Source: a bacterium
GTDB lineage: Bacteria; Hinthialibacterota; Hinthialibacteria; Hinthialibacterales; Hinthialibacteraceae
Length of the DNA: 64,000 nucleotides
Direction: 5' to 3'
Assembly (NCBI GenBank): GCA_963662285.2
Contig: CAXXMV010000002.1
Span: forward strand, 1,088,001-1,152,000
A program made the position numbers and the translations under genes. Each line of letters begins with the position of its first letter. Positions within the stretch are counted from its first letter, which is position 1. A model generated the notes under the pieces. It saw only the letters and a program-made list of their open reading frames with translations. It was not told the origin of the DNA and did no database searches. Positions 53,861-62,557 of this stretch are shown here, piece by piece.

Positions 53861-54100
53861 ATGAATGAAATAGAAAATTGTTTTGAATATGAATCTCCTT
53901 CTCAAGATATTACCGGGTCGCGTGAGCATAACAGAAAAAAAATTAAAGTTTCATTTGGAAAATATGAAATCCTGGTCTTATTGAATTCGAAAAATGAATT
54001 TGTTCGTATTTTGGAAATTTCAGTCGATAAAGATTTCAGGTCAATAGAGCAGAAATTGGATTCGGTTGGATATCATGATGTAGCGGATTTATATGAATAA
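53861..54100 (+). CDS. Small hypothetical protein
   Basis: 79 aa, coupled to neighbours with 1-nt and 3-nt gaps. Confidence 0.7.
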   Translation: MNEIENCFEYESPSQDITGSREHNRKKIKVSFGKYEILVLLNSKNEFVRILEISVDKDFRSIEQKLDSVGYHDVADLYE

Positions 54101-54103
54101 ATT

Positions 54104-54730
54104 ATGTTTTATGATAGAAACCTAGATCAAGTATTTAGGTTCGGGGATGTAGTTAAAGATTTTATATTATGTTCTTCTATTATCGAATACCCTAAACCTG
54201 AATCGTATGATTTCAAAATTGATATATTTCGGCCCTCCTATGCCGTAATTTTAACTCCCTGTTGCTCAATAGGTGGTAAAACAATTTTATTATCTCCTTT
54301 AGATGAAATCAAACCATCTTTTTTTGATAATCCATATATTGCTGAGGATTTGACTAATATAAATAGAAAGATGACTCCAGAGCAATCTACTCCACCTATA
54401 ATATGGGCAAGAATGTCACAAGAAGAAAAAGATCAACGTTTTGATATGTCACAGAATAAATCTTATGCTTTTTTTGATTCTTTTATATATTCAGAACATG
54501 ATCAATTGCCAAAATATAAATTAAAAAACAAGAAGAAAGTTGAATTTGAGACTGGATTCCGTTTGATTGATTTTAAAAAGATTTATAAAGTTAATTGTTC
54601 TGCAATAAACAATAGTAAACAAGTTCCTATTGAATCAAAAATATTGCAATCTTCGATAGAAACGCGAAAAGAATTAAGAGAAAAACTTGCCCATTATTTT
54701 TACAGAAAGCCAAAAGAGGATGATGTTTAG
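54104..54730 (+). CDS. Hypothetical protein (weak PemK/MazF-like pattern)
   Basis: 208 aa; FRFGDVV...RPSYAVILTPCC...ILLSPL...LIDFKKI...RKELREKLAHYFYR. Confidence 0.7.
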   Translation: MFYDRNLDQVFRFGDVVKDFILCSSIIEYPKPESYDFKIDIFRPSYAVILTPCCSIGGKTILLSPLDEIKPSFFDNPYIAEDLTNINRKMTPEQSTPPIIWARMSQEEKDQRFDMSQNKSYAFFDSFIYSEHDQLPKYKLKNKKKVEFETGFRLIDFKKIYKVNCSAINNSKQVPIESKILQSSIETRKELREKLAHYFYRKPKEDDV

Positions 54731-54872
54731 TGGAATATGAGGAATCAGGTTTTTTTTGCGCTAATGATTTATCAACAACATTAGTTAACAGATAAAGAAG
54801 AGACAAGAGTTATTTTGTCTATGCAAATCACAAACAGACAGTTAATACTGGAAAGGGATGAATCTATAGGTT

Positions 54873-55505
54873 TTAATCTTCTTTAAGTTCATTCAAAATT
54901 TCAGCGGGTAATAATTCCGATATAAAGAATATCGGCGCGTAGGAAATATTCTCTTTCTCGAATGCTTCACGACCGCCCTGTTCGCGGTCTACCAGGCAGG
55001 TGGTTTGGAGGATTTCGCATCCCATGTCCTGAACAGCGTTGATGGCTTTGATTACTGAGCCGCCGGTGGTGATGACGTCTTCAATCATGATGACTTTCTT
55101 GCCGCTGATGTCGGGGCCTTCGACCATCTTTTTAGCGCCGTGTTGTTTGGCTTCTTTGCGCACTATGAAGAGGGGCAGTGGATGCCCCATGATATAACTG
55201 ACAGCTGATATGGCGCCGACGATGGGGTCTGCACCCAGGGTGGGTCCGCCGATAGCTTCCGCGCCAAGTTTACGGGCTTCTTCGAGCAGCAAACGGGCTA
55301 CGCAATAGACGCCTTCAGCATCTCCGGCGGTCAGTTTGCCGTTGATGTAATAGTTGGACTTTTTGCCTGAGGCCAGGATAAATGGTTCATCTTTGGGAGC
55401 GATCTTGATCGACTTCTCTTTGATAATCTCCGCCAGGCGGTTGCGGATAGTTGATAAATCGGTTTCTATGATTTGCTTAATGTTTTCAAAATTTGTATTT
55501 GACAT
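54873..55505 (-). CDS. pyrE: Orotate phosphoribosyltransferase
   Basis: FILASGKKSNYY; VRKEAKQHG; IEDVITTGGS; LVDREQGG. Confidence 0.96.
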   Translation of the reverse strand: MSNTNFENIKQIIETDLSTIRNRLAEIIKEKSIKIAPKDEPFILASGKKSNYYINGKLTAGDAEGVYCVARLLLEEARKLGAEAIGGPTLGADPIVGAISAVSYIMGHPLPLFIVRKEAKQHGAKKMVEGPDISGKKVIMIEDVITTGGSVIKAINAVQDMGCEILQTTCLVDREQGGREAFEKENISYAPIFFISELLPAEILNELKED

Positions 55506-55635
55506 TGATATTTATTTACTCCTGTTTTTGATCTAAATAATTCAGGTTCCCTGCAATTGGATAACATTATATTAATGATTCACCCATCAAGTGCATCCTT
55601 TCATCCGGGGAATCCTGATTCAGACAATCATTATA

Positions 55636-57867
55636 CTATGGAAGTCCCTTCATCCAGCGTAAAAACCATTCCAATCCCAAAAATGCGATTAACAAGGTAA
55701 GTATCCACCATTTTTCGCCAATGAATCTCGAGCGTTCTTCGCGGATTATTTTGGACTCGTAGGGGATTCGGTCGGCCATGGTTTTCCAGGCGGGGAGGTT
55801 GGCGTATTCTCCTCCGGTCAGTTCAGATAAAGTCCTTAGATCAGCGATATTTTGTCTTAGGTCGCGCAACTCGGCGGCGGTGTTTTCGACGCGGAATTCT
55901 GCGCTGGCATTTTCTGTGAATGTGGCAGCCTGATAGGCGCCTGGTTCGACTGGGGTGTATCGGGTTTCGTAAACGCCGGGAGCATCTCCTGAAGGGGTAA
56001 GCCAGATGGTCTCTTTTCTTGATGGTCCACGGACGTTTATGCCGATGCCGCTGGAAGGCGTTGCCGCGCCAATTTGGTTTGCTGACCGATATGAAATGCG
56101 TACTGAATCGAAGGAATTAAAGAGATAGCCATCAATTTGCACTTCGCCGGATTGTTCTTCTAGCCGTGGGCAACTTTGGAATAGAACCGTCATCCAAAAC
56201 GGAGTTAACAAATCTTTGCCGGTTAACAGGTTCCATCTCCAGAAGGATCGGCTTGAGAGAATGACGATGCGGCCTAAGCCATAGCGGTGCAGGGTTACCA
56301 ATTGAACTTGCTCGTTCATGGCTGCTTCGCCCATTAGTAATAATTTAGCGCTGTCTGATTGCGGCCTGGCGGTTACATATCCACTAAGCGGCGGTAAATC
56401 CAGTTGAGGATTGTTTTGGATAAGTTCTGCAAAGGGGGCATCGGAATCAAGACCAATTTTCGCCAAGGCAGCCCTCATCTTAGGAGTGAAGGCGCGCGCA
56501 ACCGGGGCCGGTGCGGCATCCTGCAAAACCTGGGGAGGCATCCCTGCATTATTGGGTCCGGGGATGAAAATAAGCCCGCCGCCTTCTTCAACATATTGGC
56601 GTAATTGATTGATGAACTCAATGTGGTCGATTGAGAAAGCAAAGTTGTGCAGAATAATCACAGGCCATTGGTTTAATTGGTCTTGCAGCTCAGTTAGGTG
56701 CTTATATTTTGGCGTATCCTCTGTGGGAGCGGCGTCTGAGCGTCTATCGATCCAGGAGCGGTCTCCCAAAGCGGACAAGCCATTCGGGTGATGCAGAAAC
56801 GCATTGACGCTAAGCGCTTTTTGGTCTTCCAGAGTTCGTTTGAGATATTTGAATTCCCAATCGGGAGCAGAGGTTATTAGTAAAACTTTATCTTGGGCGT
56901 CGCGAATTTTGATGCCTTTAATCTGGCGGTTGTTGGATGTTATCCACTCGCCCGGCATGGGATCGACAGCGACGCTTAAAATATAGTAGCCTTTTTCGAG
57001 ATCGGGGATGTCGAAAGAAAGGTTCAAATCACTGATATCCGGTTCTGGAGAGATATCCTGTTGGTTTTCGACAATCATATCGCCGGAGCGGTTTTGGACG
57101 GTCATGCGGGTTTTATATATAGCCGACGGATCACCGCCTCTAATAATAATGTGAGCGCGAAGCTCTATCGGTTGCCCAGATCGAGCGGAAGATGGCGCCT
57201 GGATGCTATCAACAATAATGTCTTGAATAGGACTGGCGGTTCCGATGCCGAAGGTATAGACCTGAGGATGAATCTGGCGGGTAGCCGCAGTTAACAGAGA
57301 AGAGGATGAGATCGGATTTTGCCCCAGATTCCATCTTCCATCGGTGAAGAGTAATAATTTTGATGTAATATCCGGCGATATAGATTCAGCGAAACTGCTG
57401 ACTACTGAGCCAATATCAGAGTAAGGATAGGATGGCGTCGCCGATATGGGGAACTGGGATAATCCAAAAGGCTTACTCGAAGCGTATTCGCTTGAGATAT
57501 CCGAAAGAAGCGAATAGCGCAGTTCAAAACCTTTTTTTTCCCAGGAATCAATTAAACCTTTGTTTTTTAATTGGTTGATGGTTTCATCCCACCTTGATGG
57601 CCCTTCTTGGCCTGTCATGGTTGGTGGATCAGCCGGATAACTCATGCTCAAACTATCATCTAATACTATATATAGTGTAGAAGGAGTGGAAATATTCAAT
57701 ATTTCACGGATATAGGGCAACGTGAATAAATATAGCAACGCAAGCAGGAAAATGATCCTGCAAGCGGTTAAACCACTTCTAATTGATGGGGAAATCGGGG
57801 CTTTCAGGCATTTGATTGAATATAGGTAAAGAGCCGTTCCCAGCGTTATGACAATTAAAACAACCAC
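55636..57867 (-). CDS. Membrane protein with vWA-like and glutamine-amidotransferase-like domains
   Basis: N-terminal TMs; LDDSLSM (MIDAS-like), LFTDG; V..GGGLIF; GLGRIV...WRW; C-terminal LEWFLR. Confidence 0.75.
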   Translation of the reverse strand: MVVLIVITLGTALYLYSIKCLKAPISPSIRSGLTACRIIFLLALLYLFTLPYIREILNISTPSTLYIVLDDSLSMSYPADPPTMTGQEGPSRWDETINQLKNKGLIDSWEKKGFELRYSLLSDISSEYASSKPFGLSQFPISATPSYPYSDIGSVVSSFAESISPDITSKLLLFTDGRWNLGQNPISSSSLLTAATRQIHPQVYTFGIGTASPIQDIIVDSIQAPSSARSGQPIELRAHIIIRGGDPSAIYKTRMTVQNRSGDMIVENQQDISPEPDISDLNLSFDIPDLEKGYYILSVAVDPMPGEWITSNNRQIKGIKIRDAQDKVLLITSAPDWEFKYLKRTLEDQKALSVNAFLHHPNGLSALGDRSWIDRRSDAAPTEDTPKYKHLTELQDQLNQWPVIILHNFAFSIDHIEFINQLRQYVEEGGGLIFIPGPNNAGMPPQVLQDAAPAPVARAFTPKMRAALAKIGLDSDAPFAELIQNNPQLDLPPLSGYVTARPQSDSAKLLLMGEAAMNEQVQLVTLHRYGLGRIVILSSRSFWRWNLLTGKDLLTPFWMTVLFQSCPRLEEQSGEVQIDGYLFNSFDSVRISYRSANQIGAATPSSGIGINVRGPSRKETIWLTPSGDAPGVYETRYTPVEPGAYQAATFTENASAEFRVENTAAELRDLRQNIADLRTLSELTGGEYANLPAWKTMADRIPYESKIIREERSRFIGEKWWILTLLIAFLGLEWFLRWMKGLP

Positions 57868-57996
57868 GATTCGGCTCCTTTATACTTGGCGCGAACAACC
57901 TGCTTGACTGGTCTAATGTGCTTAAGTTTAATATTTACAACTAAATAGAATCGTATTTGGAGTAAATTAAAAACTATAAATCTAAATAGTGTTATG

Positions 57997-58108
57997 TATC
58001 TAGCCCTCACCCTTACCCCTTGTGGGGAGAGGGGACTTGGTATCTACCCCCTCACCCTATCCCTCTCCCGGCGGGAGAGGGGACTTTGTTATCCGGCCTT
58101 TATGGTTG
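57997..58108. repeat. Dispersed CCCTCACCCT/GGGAGAGGGG repeat, two tandem copies
   Basis: Units start tatcta at 57997 and 58041 (44-bp period); 58046-58108 is about 85% identical by eye to the reverse complement of 13438-13499. Confidence 0.8.
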
Positions 58109-58340
58109 GTAAGTACTAGAATAGATTAATGAATATTAGCCTGTTGAATGAGTTTAGTGGAGAGCGGGAGAGGAATGAATTTTGCAATCCAGAGCGATTC
58201 TCAAAATAACGTGCGTCAGTGGGGTTGTACAAAATCCCCAAAAGATGGGACTTTGTCCAAATCCAATGTTTTCTATGAGAATTTATTTTGTTAACCGATT
58301 TAGTCAATAAATTCTGAATTGAGGCGTTATACTAAGTGAT

Positions 58341-58946
58341 ATGAAAGAAGAAACACGGACGACCTTGGATTTAGGAGCGCTTTTCCTGCGTTATCGCGAG
58401 GAGGGAGATATGACATCCTTCCAGGCGATAATGGACGAACTGCACACGCCGATATTCAATTATCTGCTGCGGCTGCTATTCAACCGGGATGATGCGGAAG
58501 ATGCGCTTCAGGAAGTCTGGATGAAAGTGATCCGGCAACGGGATAATTACAATGACCAGGGTAAGTTTTCATCCTGGGTTTATCGCATCGCCCACAATCA
58601 TTGTCTGGACCATTTTCGAAAGAGAAAGCGATGTATGGAGGATAGTGAGAATTATGGCGACGAGGGCGTTTCGGTGATTGAACGCACTGAGACAGACCAA
58701 CCTTCACCGCTGGAGGTCTTGCTCGAACAAGAACAACTTGGCGTTCTGGAAAAAGCGGTTGCTGAATTGCCTGAAGCGATTCGTGAAGTCTATGTCCTGA
58801 GGGCGGTTCATGATGTCCCGTTTAAGGAAATTGCTGAAATTCAGGATGCTCCATTGGGAACAGTTTTATCGCGGATGCATCAGGCGGTCAACCGTTTGAA
58901 AAAGGTAATTGCTTTTGATGCACCGCCAGCGCAGGAAATAGTATAG
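58341..58946 (+). CDS. ECF RNA polymerase sigma factor
   Basis: DAEDALQEVW; FSSWVYRIAHNHCLD; EIAEI..PLGTVLSRMHQA. Confidence 0.95.
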   Translation: MKEETRTTLDLGALFLRYREEGDMTSFQAIMDELHTPIFNYLLRLLFNRDDAEDALQEVWMKVIRQRDNYNDQGKFSSWVYRIAHNHCLDHFRKRKRCMEDSENYGDEGVSVIERTETDQPSPLEVLLEQEQLGVLEKAVAELPEAIREVYVLRAVHDVPFKEIAEIQDAPLGTVLSRMHQAVNRLKKVIAFDAPPAQEIV

Positions 58947-58985
58947 ATAGAATTTATTTATATAACTTTATATAGGTATAGGATC

Positions 58986-59513
58986 ATGAAGAAAAACAGC
59001 GATTCAAAAAAAGACAATGTTACGCCATTGTTTCAGATGAAGGCGCCGTTGGATATGCCGGATGAGCAAGCCATGTTTTACTTTCTTGACCAACCGGACG
59101 ACAGCGAGGATAAACGGGCTTTTTTGAATCAATGCGCCCTGTCTGAATTGCAACTGGCAGAGTTGGATTATGCAAACAAGATCATCGGTGCGGGGAAAAG
59201 GCTAGATATTCATCAACCCGCTCCGGCTATCCGCGTAAGCGTGCTAGAAGCGGCGTCGGCGGCTGTTTCAGGTATAGCAGAGAAACCTGATACGGTTACG
59301 CGATCCCGCTTTCGTACCTGGCGTTGGGCGTGGGCCGCTGTTTTTGCGGCTCTGCTGTGGGGCGGACATATGGGATTGCAGCAATCTCAAATCGTCGATA
59401 GTTTCGATGAAACCGATTTTGAATATGAACTCTTGACGGTGGAAGACGATATCGATCTTCTTCAGGCAACACTCGATCTGGATTCGCTGTCAAGTTTTGA
59501 TGGGAGCGCGTGA
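58986..59513 (+). CDS. Putative membrane anti-sigma factor
   Basis: Immediately downstream of the ECF sigma gene; single TM (RWAWAAVFAALLWGG); acidic C-terminal region. Confidence 0.6.
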   Translation: MKKNSDSKKDNVTPLFQMKAPLDMPDEQAMFYFLDQPDDSEDKRAFLNQCALSELQLAELDYANKIIGAGKRLDIHQPAPAIRVSVLEAASAAVSGIAEKPDTVTRSRFRTWRWAWAAVFAALLWGGHMGLQQSQIVDSFDETDFEYELLTVEDDIDLLQATLDLDSLSSFDGSA

Positions 59514-60280
59514 AAATCATGAACCGAATCATAAATACAAGTAATTTGACAAAATGCAATTTGAAAATATCAGCGGTATTGGTTATAGCAGCGATCTTGC
59601 TGCTTTCTCCTGGATGGTGTTTTGCTGAAGAAAAAGCTGAACCAGCCAAGAGTGTCGATACTGTTCAATCCGCATCGGCAGACGCTCCTATGAGGCAACA
59701 TTATGGTCGTCATTATGACCGTTTTATGGATGGAGTGGGTGGAGGACGCGGCGGCCCCGGAAGCGGTATGGGTCGCGGTCCTGGAAAAGGCATGGGCATG
59801 GGTAGAGGTGCAGGTCTTGGTCCTAGAGGATTTGATCCTAAAGAATTCGGGGGCCGGGGACCGGAATGGCGGTCTTATGTAAGAGAACAATTCAGCGCTC
59901 CTGAACGGATGGAACGGCTGCGTAAAGACAGCCCGGAAGTGGTTAAAATCATAGAGGCGTCTAAAGTTGTTCGTGAACAGATTGAGGTTGTCGTGGCTGA
60001 GGCGACAGAAGAACAAACTAAAGGGACGCTGGATAACGCCGAATTTAAGAGAAAACTTCAACCACTGATTAAAGAACAATGTGAACTTGAACTGCAACGC
60101 AAGTATATCGAACTGGAGATTATGGAGAAGAAGATCAAGCAAATCAGGGAAACCCTTGATAAACGCAAAACTATGCAATCGAGGCTGGTCGAATTGAAAA
60201 TAAGCCGCATACTTGAAGACCCTTCTTCTGCGCTTGTTGAAAAAAAGAGCGTTGAGAATGAAGAACAAACAGACAGATAA
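59510..60280 (+). CDS. Exported protein with Gly-rich segment and helical domain (Spy/CpxP-like architecture)
   Basis: Signal peptide ending CFA; GxGMGRG repeats; coiled-coil C-terminal half; overlaps upstream stop (GTGA). Confidence 0.65.
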   Translation: MKIMNRIINTSNLTKCNLKISAVLVIAAILLLSPGWCFAEEKAEPAKSVDTVQSASADAPMRQHYGRHYDRFMDGVGGGRGGPGSGMGRGPGKGMGMGRGAGLGPRGFDPKEFGGRGPEWRSYVREQFSAPERMERLRKDSPEVVKIIEASKVVREQIEVVVAEATEEQTKGTLDNAEFKRKLQPLIKEQCELELQRKYIELEIMEKKIKQIRETLDKRKTMQSRLVELKISRILEDPSSALVEKKSVENEEQTDR

Positions 60281-60322
60281 TATCTTGCGTTAAGAGAATA
60301 CCTGTCTATATATTTAGAAATC

Positions 60323-60363
60323 AAAACCCTCTTCACCGGATCGCTGGTGGATAGGGTTTTTTT
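60323..60363 (+). terminator. Intrinsic terminator of the ECF operon
   Basis: aaaaccct-cttcacc...ggtgga-tagggtttt followed by a T-run. Confidence 0.75.
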
Positions 60364-60452
60364 GTTTTTTAATATGCATTTTTGTTGTTATTGGTGAATT
60401 ATTATGATATGCTATTATACGTGAGGTGTGTCTGCATCTTGAAGGGGGAATC

Positions 60453-61493
60453 ATGAAACAAACCACTATATTAACTATTACGCTGCTTACCATCACATTA
60501 CAGGTTCAATCCATAGAAACTGTTTTGCCATTGGATGCAATAGATTATTCAGAGAGAATTCTTGCAGATGTATATTCACAACCTCCTTGGGCTGATTATT
60601 TTAACATATACAACCTGGAAGTGAATAACGATTATGTCTATAGTATGGTTGGCCGGTACTATCAGGGTGGTGCGGGAGCCTTTAATTATCCCGTATTTAG
60701 TTTTTGCCATGCCATGCTTTATATGAATAACATAAAAGATAAAACCGTTTCTTATGTTCCTTCACAATACGTCTCTTCAAGGATTAGCAATACCGACAAC
60801 ACAAAAAATTCAGCTATCTTCTATAAAACAGAACTCTTTTTGGAGGATTCTTATATTCCATACACGATTTCCGATAACGATATTTATACTTGTTACAGCT
60901 ACTCGATTAATAGATTAGCATCATACAATACAAATAGTGGAAGAAAACTAATCGGCGGTTTGATTGAATGGACGACAAGTAGTACTGATGGGCACAATGT
61001 TTACGAAACTTATACTGTGAATTTCTGGAAGCCGGATGGAAAGCATATATGGAGCAAGAATATAAAAAAAGTACAAACTGATAAAGTAACTTATGGATTG
61101 CCAGCTGTTACTGAATTACGCTTTACGCCAAACGGACAATTTTTAACTTTTAATTTGGGAGGTGAATGTAAATATATAGACGACCTACCTTATATGGCGC
61201 CCTATTCATACCTAATAGACACAGAAACCTTCACCTTCCTCCTCGCCAATCGTGATGTGGAATTCACCTCGGACGAGAAATATTATGTAACCGAACGCGA
61301 TGGCCTGCCCTCGCTGGTGGATGCAGAGACCCATGACGTACTGCTGCGTTATGATCCCGGATCAACCATGACGGCCTGCGGCTTCTCGCCGGATGACGCC
61401 AAACTCTACATCGCCTGCGAAGACCTGAAGGTATACGAATTCTCCAGTCATGTTCCAGATACGGCGGTGAAGGATTGGGCGATTTTTGAGTGA
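60453..61493 (+). CDS. Secreted protein with C-terminal WD40-like blades, C-terminus VKDWAIFE
   Basis: RBS GGGGG before ATG 60453; signal peptide; FTPNGQFL, FTSDEKY, FSPDDAKL propeller-like repeats. Confidence 0.8.
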   Translation: MKQTTILTITLLTITLQVQSIETVLPLDAIDYSERILADVYSQPPWADYFNIYNLEVNNDYVYSMVGRYYQGGAGAFNYPVFSFCHAMLYMNNIKDKTVSYVPSQYVSSRISNTDNTKNSAIFYKTELFLEDSYIPYTISDNDIYTCYSYSINRLASYNTNSGRKLIGGLIEWTTSSTDGHNVYETYTVNFWKPDGKHIWSKNIKKVQTDKVTYGLPAVTELRFTPNGQFLTFNLGGECKYIDDLPYMAPYSYLIDTETFTFLLANRDVEFTSDEKYYVTERDGLPSLVDAETHDVLLRYDPGSTMTACGFSPDDAKLYIACEDLKVYEFSSHVPDTAVKDWAIFE

Positions 61494-61523
61494 TCTTTGA
61501 GTAGTACTCAAACTCGTAAGTTA

Positions 61524-61614
61524 TAGCATCAAGGGCTGACCGCTTTGCGGTCTTGCCCTTGGCACCCGTCTTTAGCATCAAGGGCTGGACACAAAATGCG
61601 GTCTTGCCCTTGGC
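61524..61614. repeat. Two tandem copies of a ~40-bp hairpin repeat
   Basis: tagcatcaagggctg...tgcggtcttgcccttggc at 61524 and 61573; each folds caagggc...gcccttg. Confidence 0.75.
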
Positions 61615-61689
61615 GACCACCTATGTATATAAAATCCTGCTAATCTTTTTATCCTGGGCATCCAGATTCAGACAAAAAACAAGAAACCT

Positions 61690-62460
61690 CTATTCCACAT
61701 GCACCCACATTGCGGCTTGGGCGTTTAGGGAATAGGTTTTGCCCTCGTGTTGGATTGATTTGACATCCTCGGCGTAGGCGCCGATAATCCACCATCCGGC
61801 TTTGGGCAGGGTATGGACGAATACGCCGTTGGGATCGGTTACTGCGATTCGGGTAATCATCGGTTCGGGCGGCAGATTTTTGAGGTCGGGTGGTGTATCC
61901 AGGTACTGTTCGATCTCTATTTCAATTCCGGGCGCTGGTTCGCCGTTTTTTAATACCTGACCGGAAAAAACGAATCCCGCTTCTAATCCGTAGGGACGGG
62001 TTAATGGAACGATCTCCATGGGTTGTCCGGTTTTCTGGCGCCAGCCTTCGGTGCGTTCGGCGTGAACAAATACTTTGAGGAAATCCTGGTAGGCTTTTTG
62101 ATTACGGCCGAAAAATATTGATGTGTTCAAGCCGATGATATGGTCGCCTTTTTGTTCCGGGTTATAGGCCAGTTTAAAGGCTTTGGCTTTTTGATCTCTA
62201 ACCGTGTGAACTGTCTCTTTCAATAAGTTAATCAGCTGGATTTTTTGGCCTGAAGGTGTTATAGCGAAAACTGATTCTGGTTTTTCAGCGTCTTCGTATT
62301 CCTGTTCGTAGGGGTGACCTATGGCGAAGAGCAGGTTGACGGGTTTATTAAGTTCCGCAAAAGGCGCGTCGTGGATCAGTATGGGGAAATGGGCGAAGGC
62401 GCTGGATGCCGATAAAAGGCTCAATAGAATAAATAGCGAAGATATACGTTTCATCATCAA
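61690..62460 (-). CDS. DUF4198-family periplasmic protein (nickel/cobalt uptake-associated)
   Basis: Signal peptide ending AFA-H; IGHPY; EIVPLTRPYGL; GQVLKNGEP; TDPNGVF...GWW. Confidence 0.85.
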   Translation of the reverse strand: MMMKRISSLFILLSLLSASSAFAHFPILIHDAPFAELNKPVNLLFAIGHPYEQEYEDAEKPESVFAITPSGQKIQLINLLKETVHTVRDQKAKAFKLAYNPEQKGDHIIGLNTSIFFGRNQKAYQDFLKVFVHAERTEGWRQKTGQPMEIVPLTRPYGLEAGFVFSGQVLKNGEPAPGIEIEIEQYLDTPPDLKNLPPEPMITRIAVTDPNGVFVHTLPKAGWWIIGAYAEDVKSIQHEGKTYSLNAQAAMWVHVE

Positions 62461-62557
62461 TGCTCCTGTTCAAAAAGTATTGAGTATTATTAAGATGAAA
62501 GCATAGTAACACAAATTCTATAATAGTGTTACCCCAGTTAAGAGGATTGGTCAGTCC

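Noticed and set aside
59570-60268. 232-aa antisense ORF
   Set aside because: Lies fully opposite a well-supported operonic gene and has an F/L-rich shadow composition with no motifs.
61524-61614. Possible mini CRISPR array
   Set aside because: Only two units with a 9-bp spacer and variation inside the repeat; no cas genes.
61690-61720. DUF4198 C-terminus (AAMWVHVE) as a third example of the Trp-tail motif
   Set aside because: Lacks the V-x-[DQ] prefix, the aromatic residue after the Trp and the Pro linker; probably the last strand of the domain.
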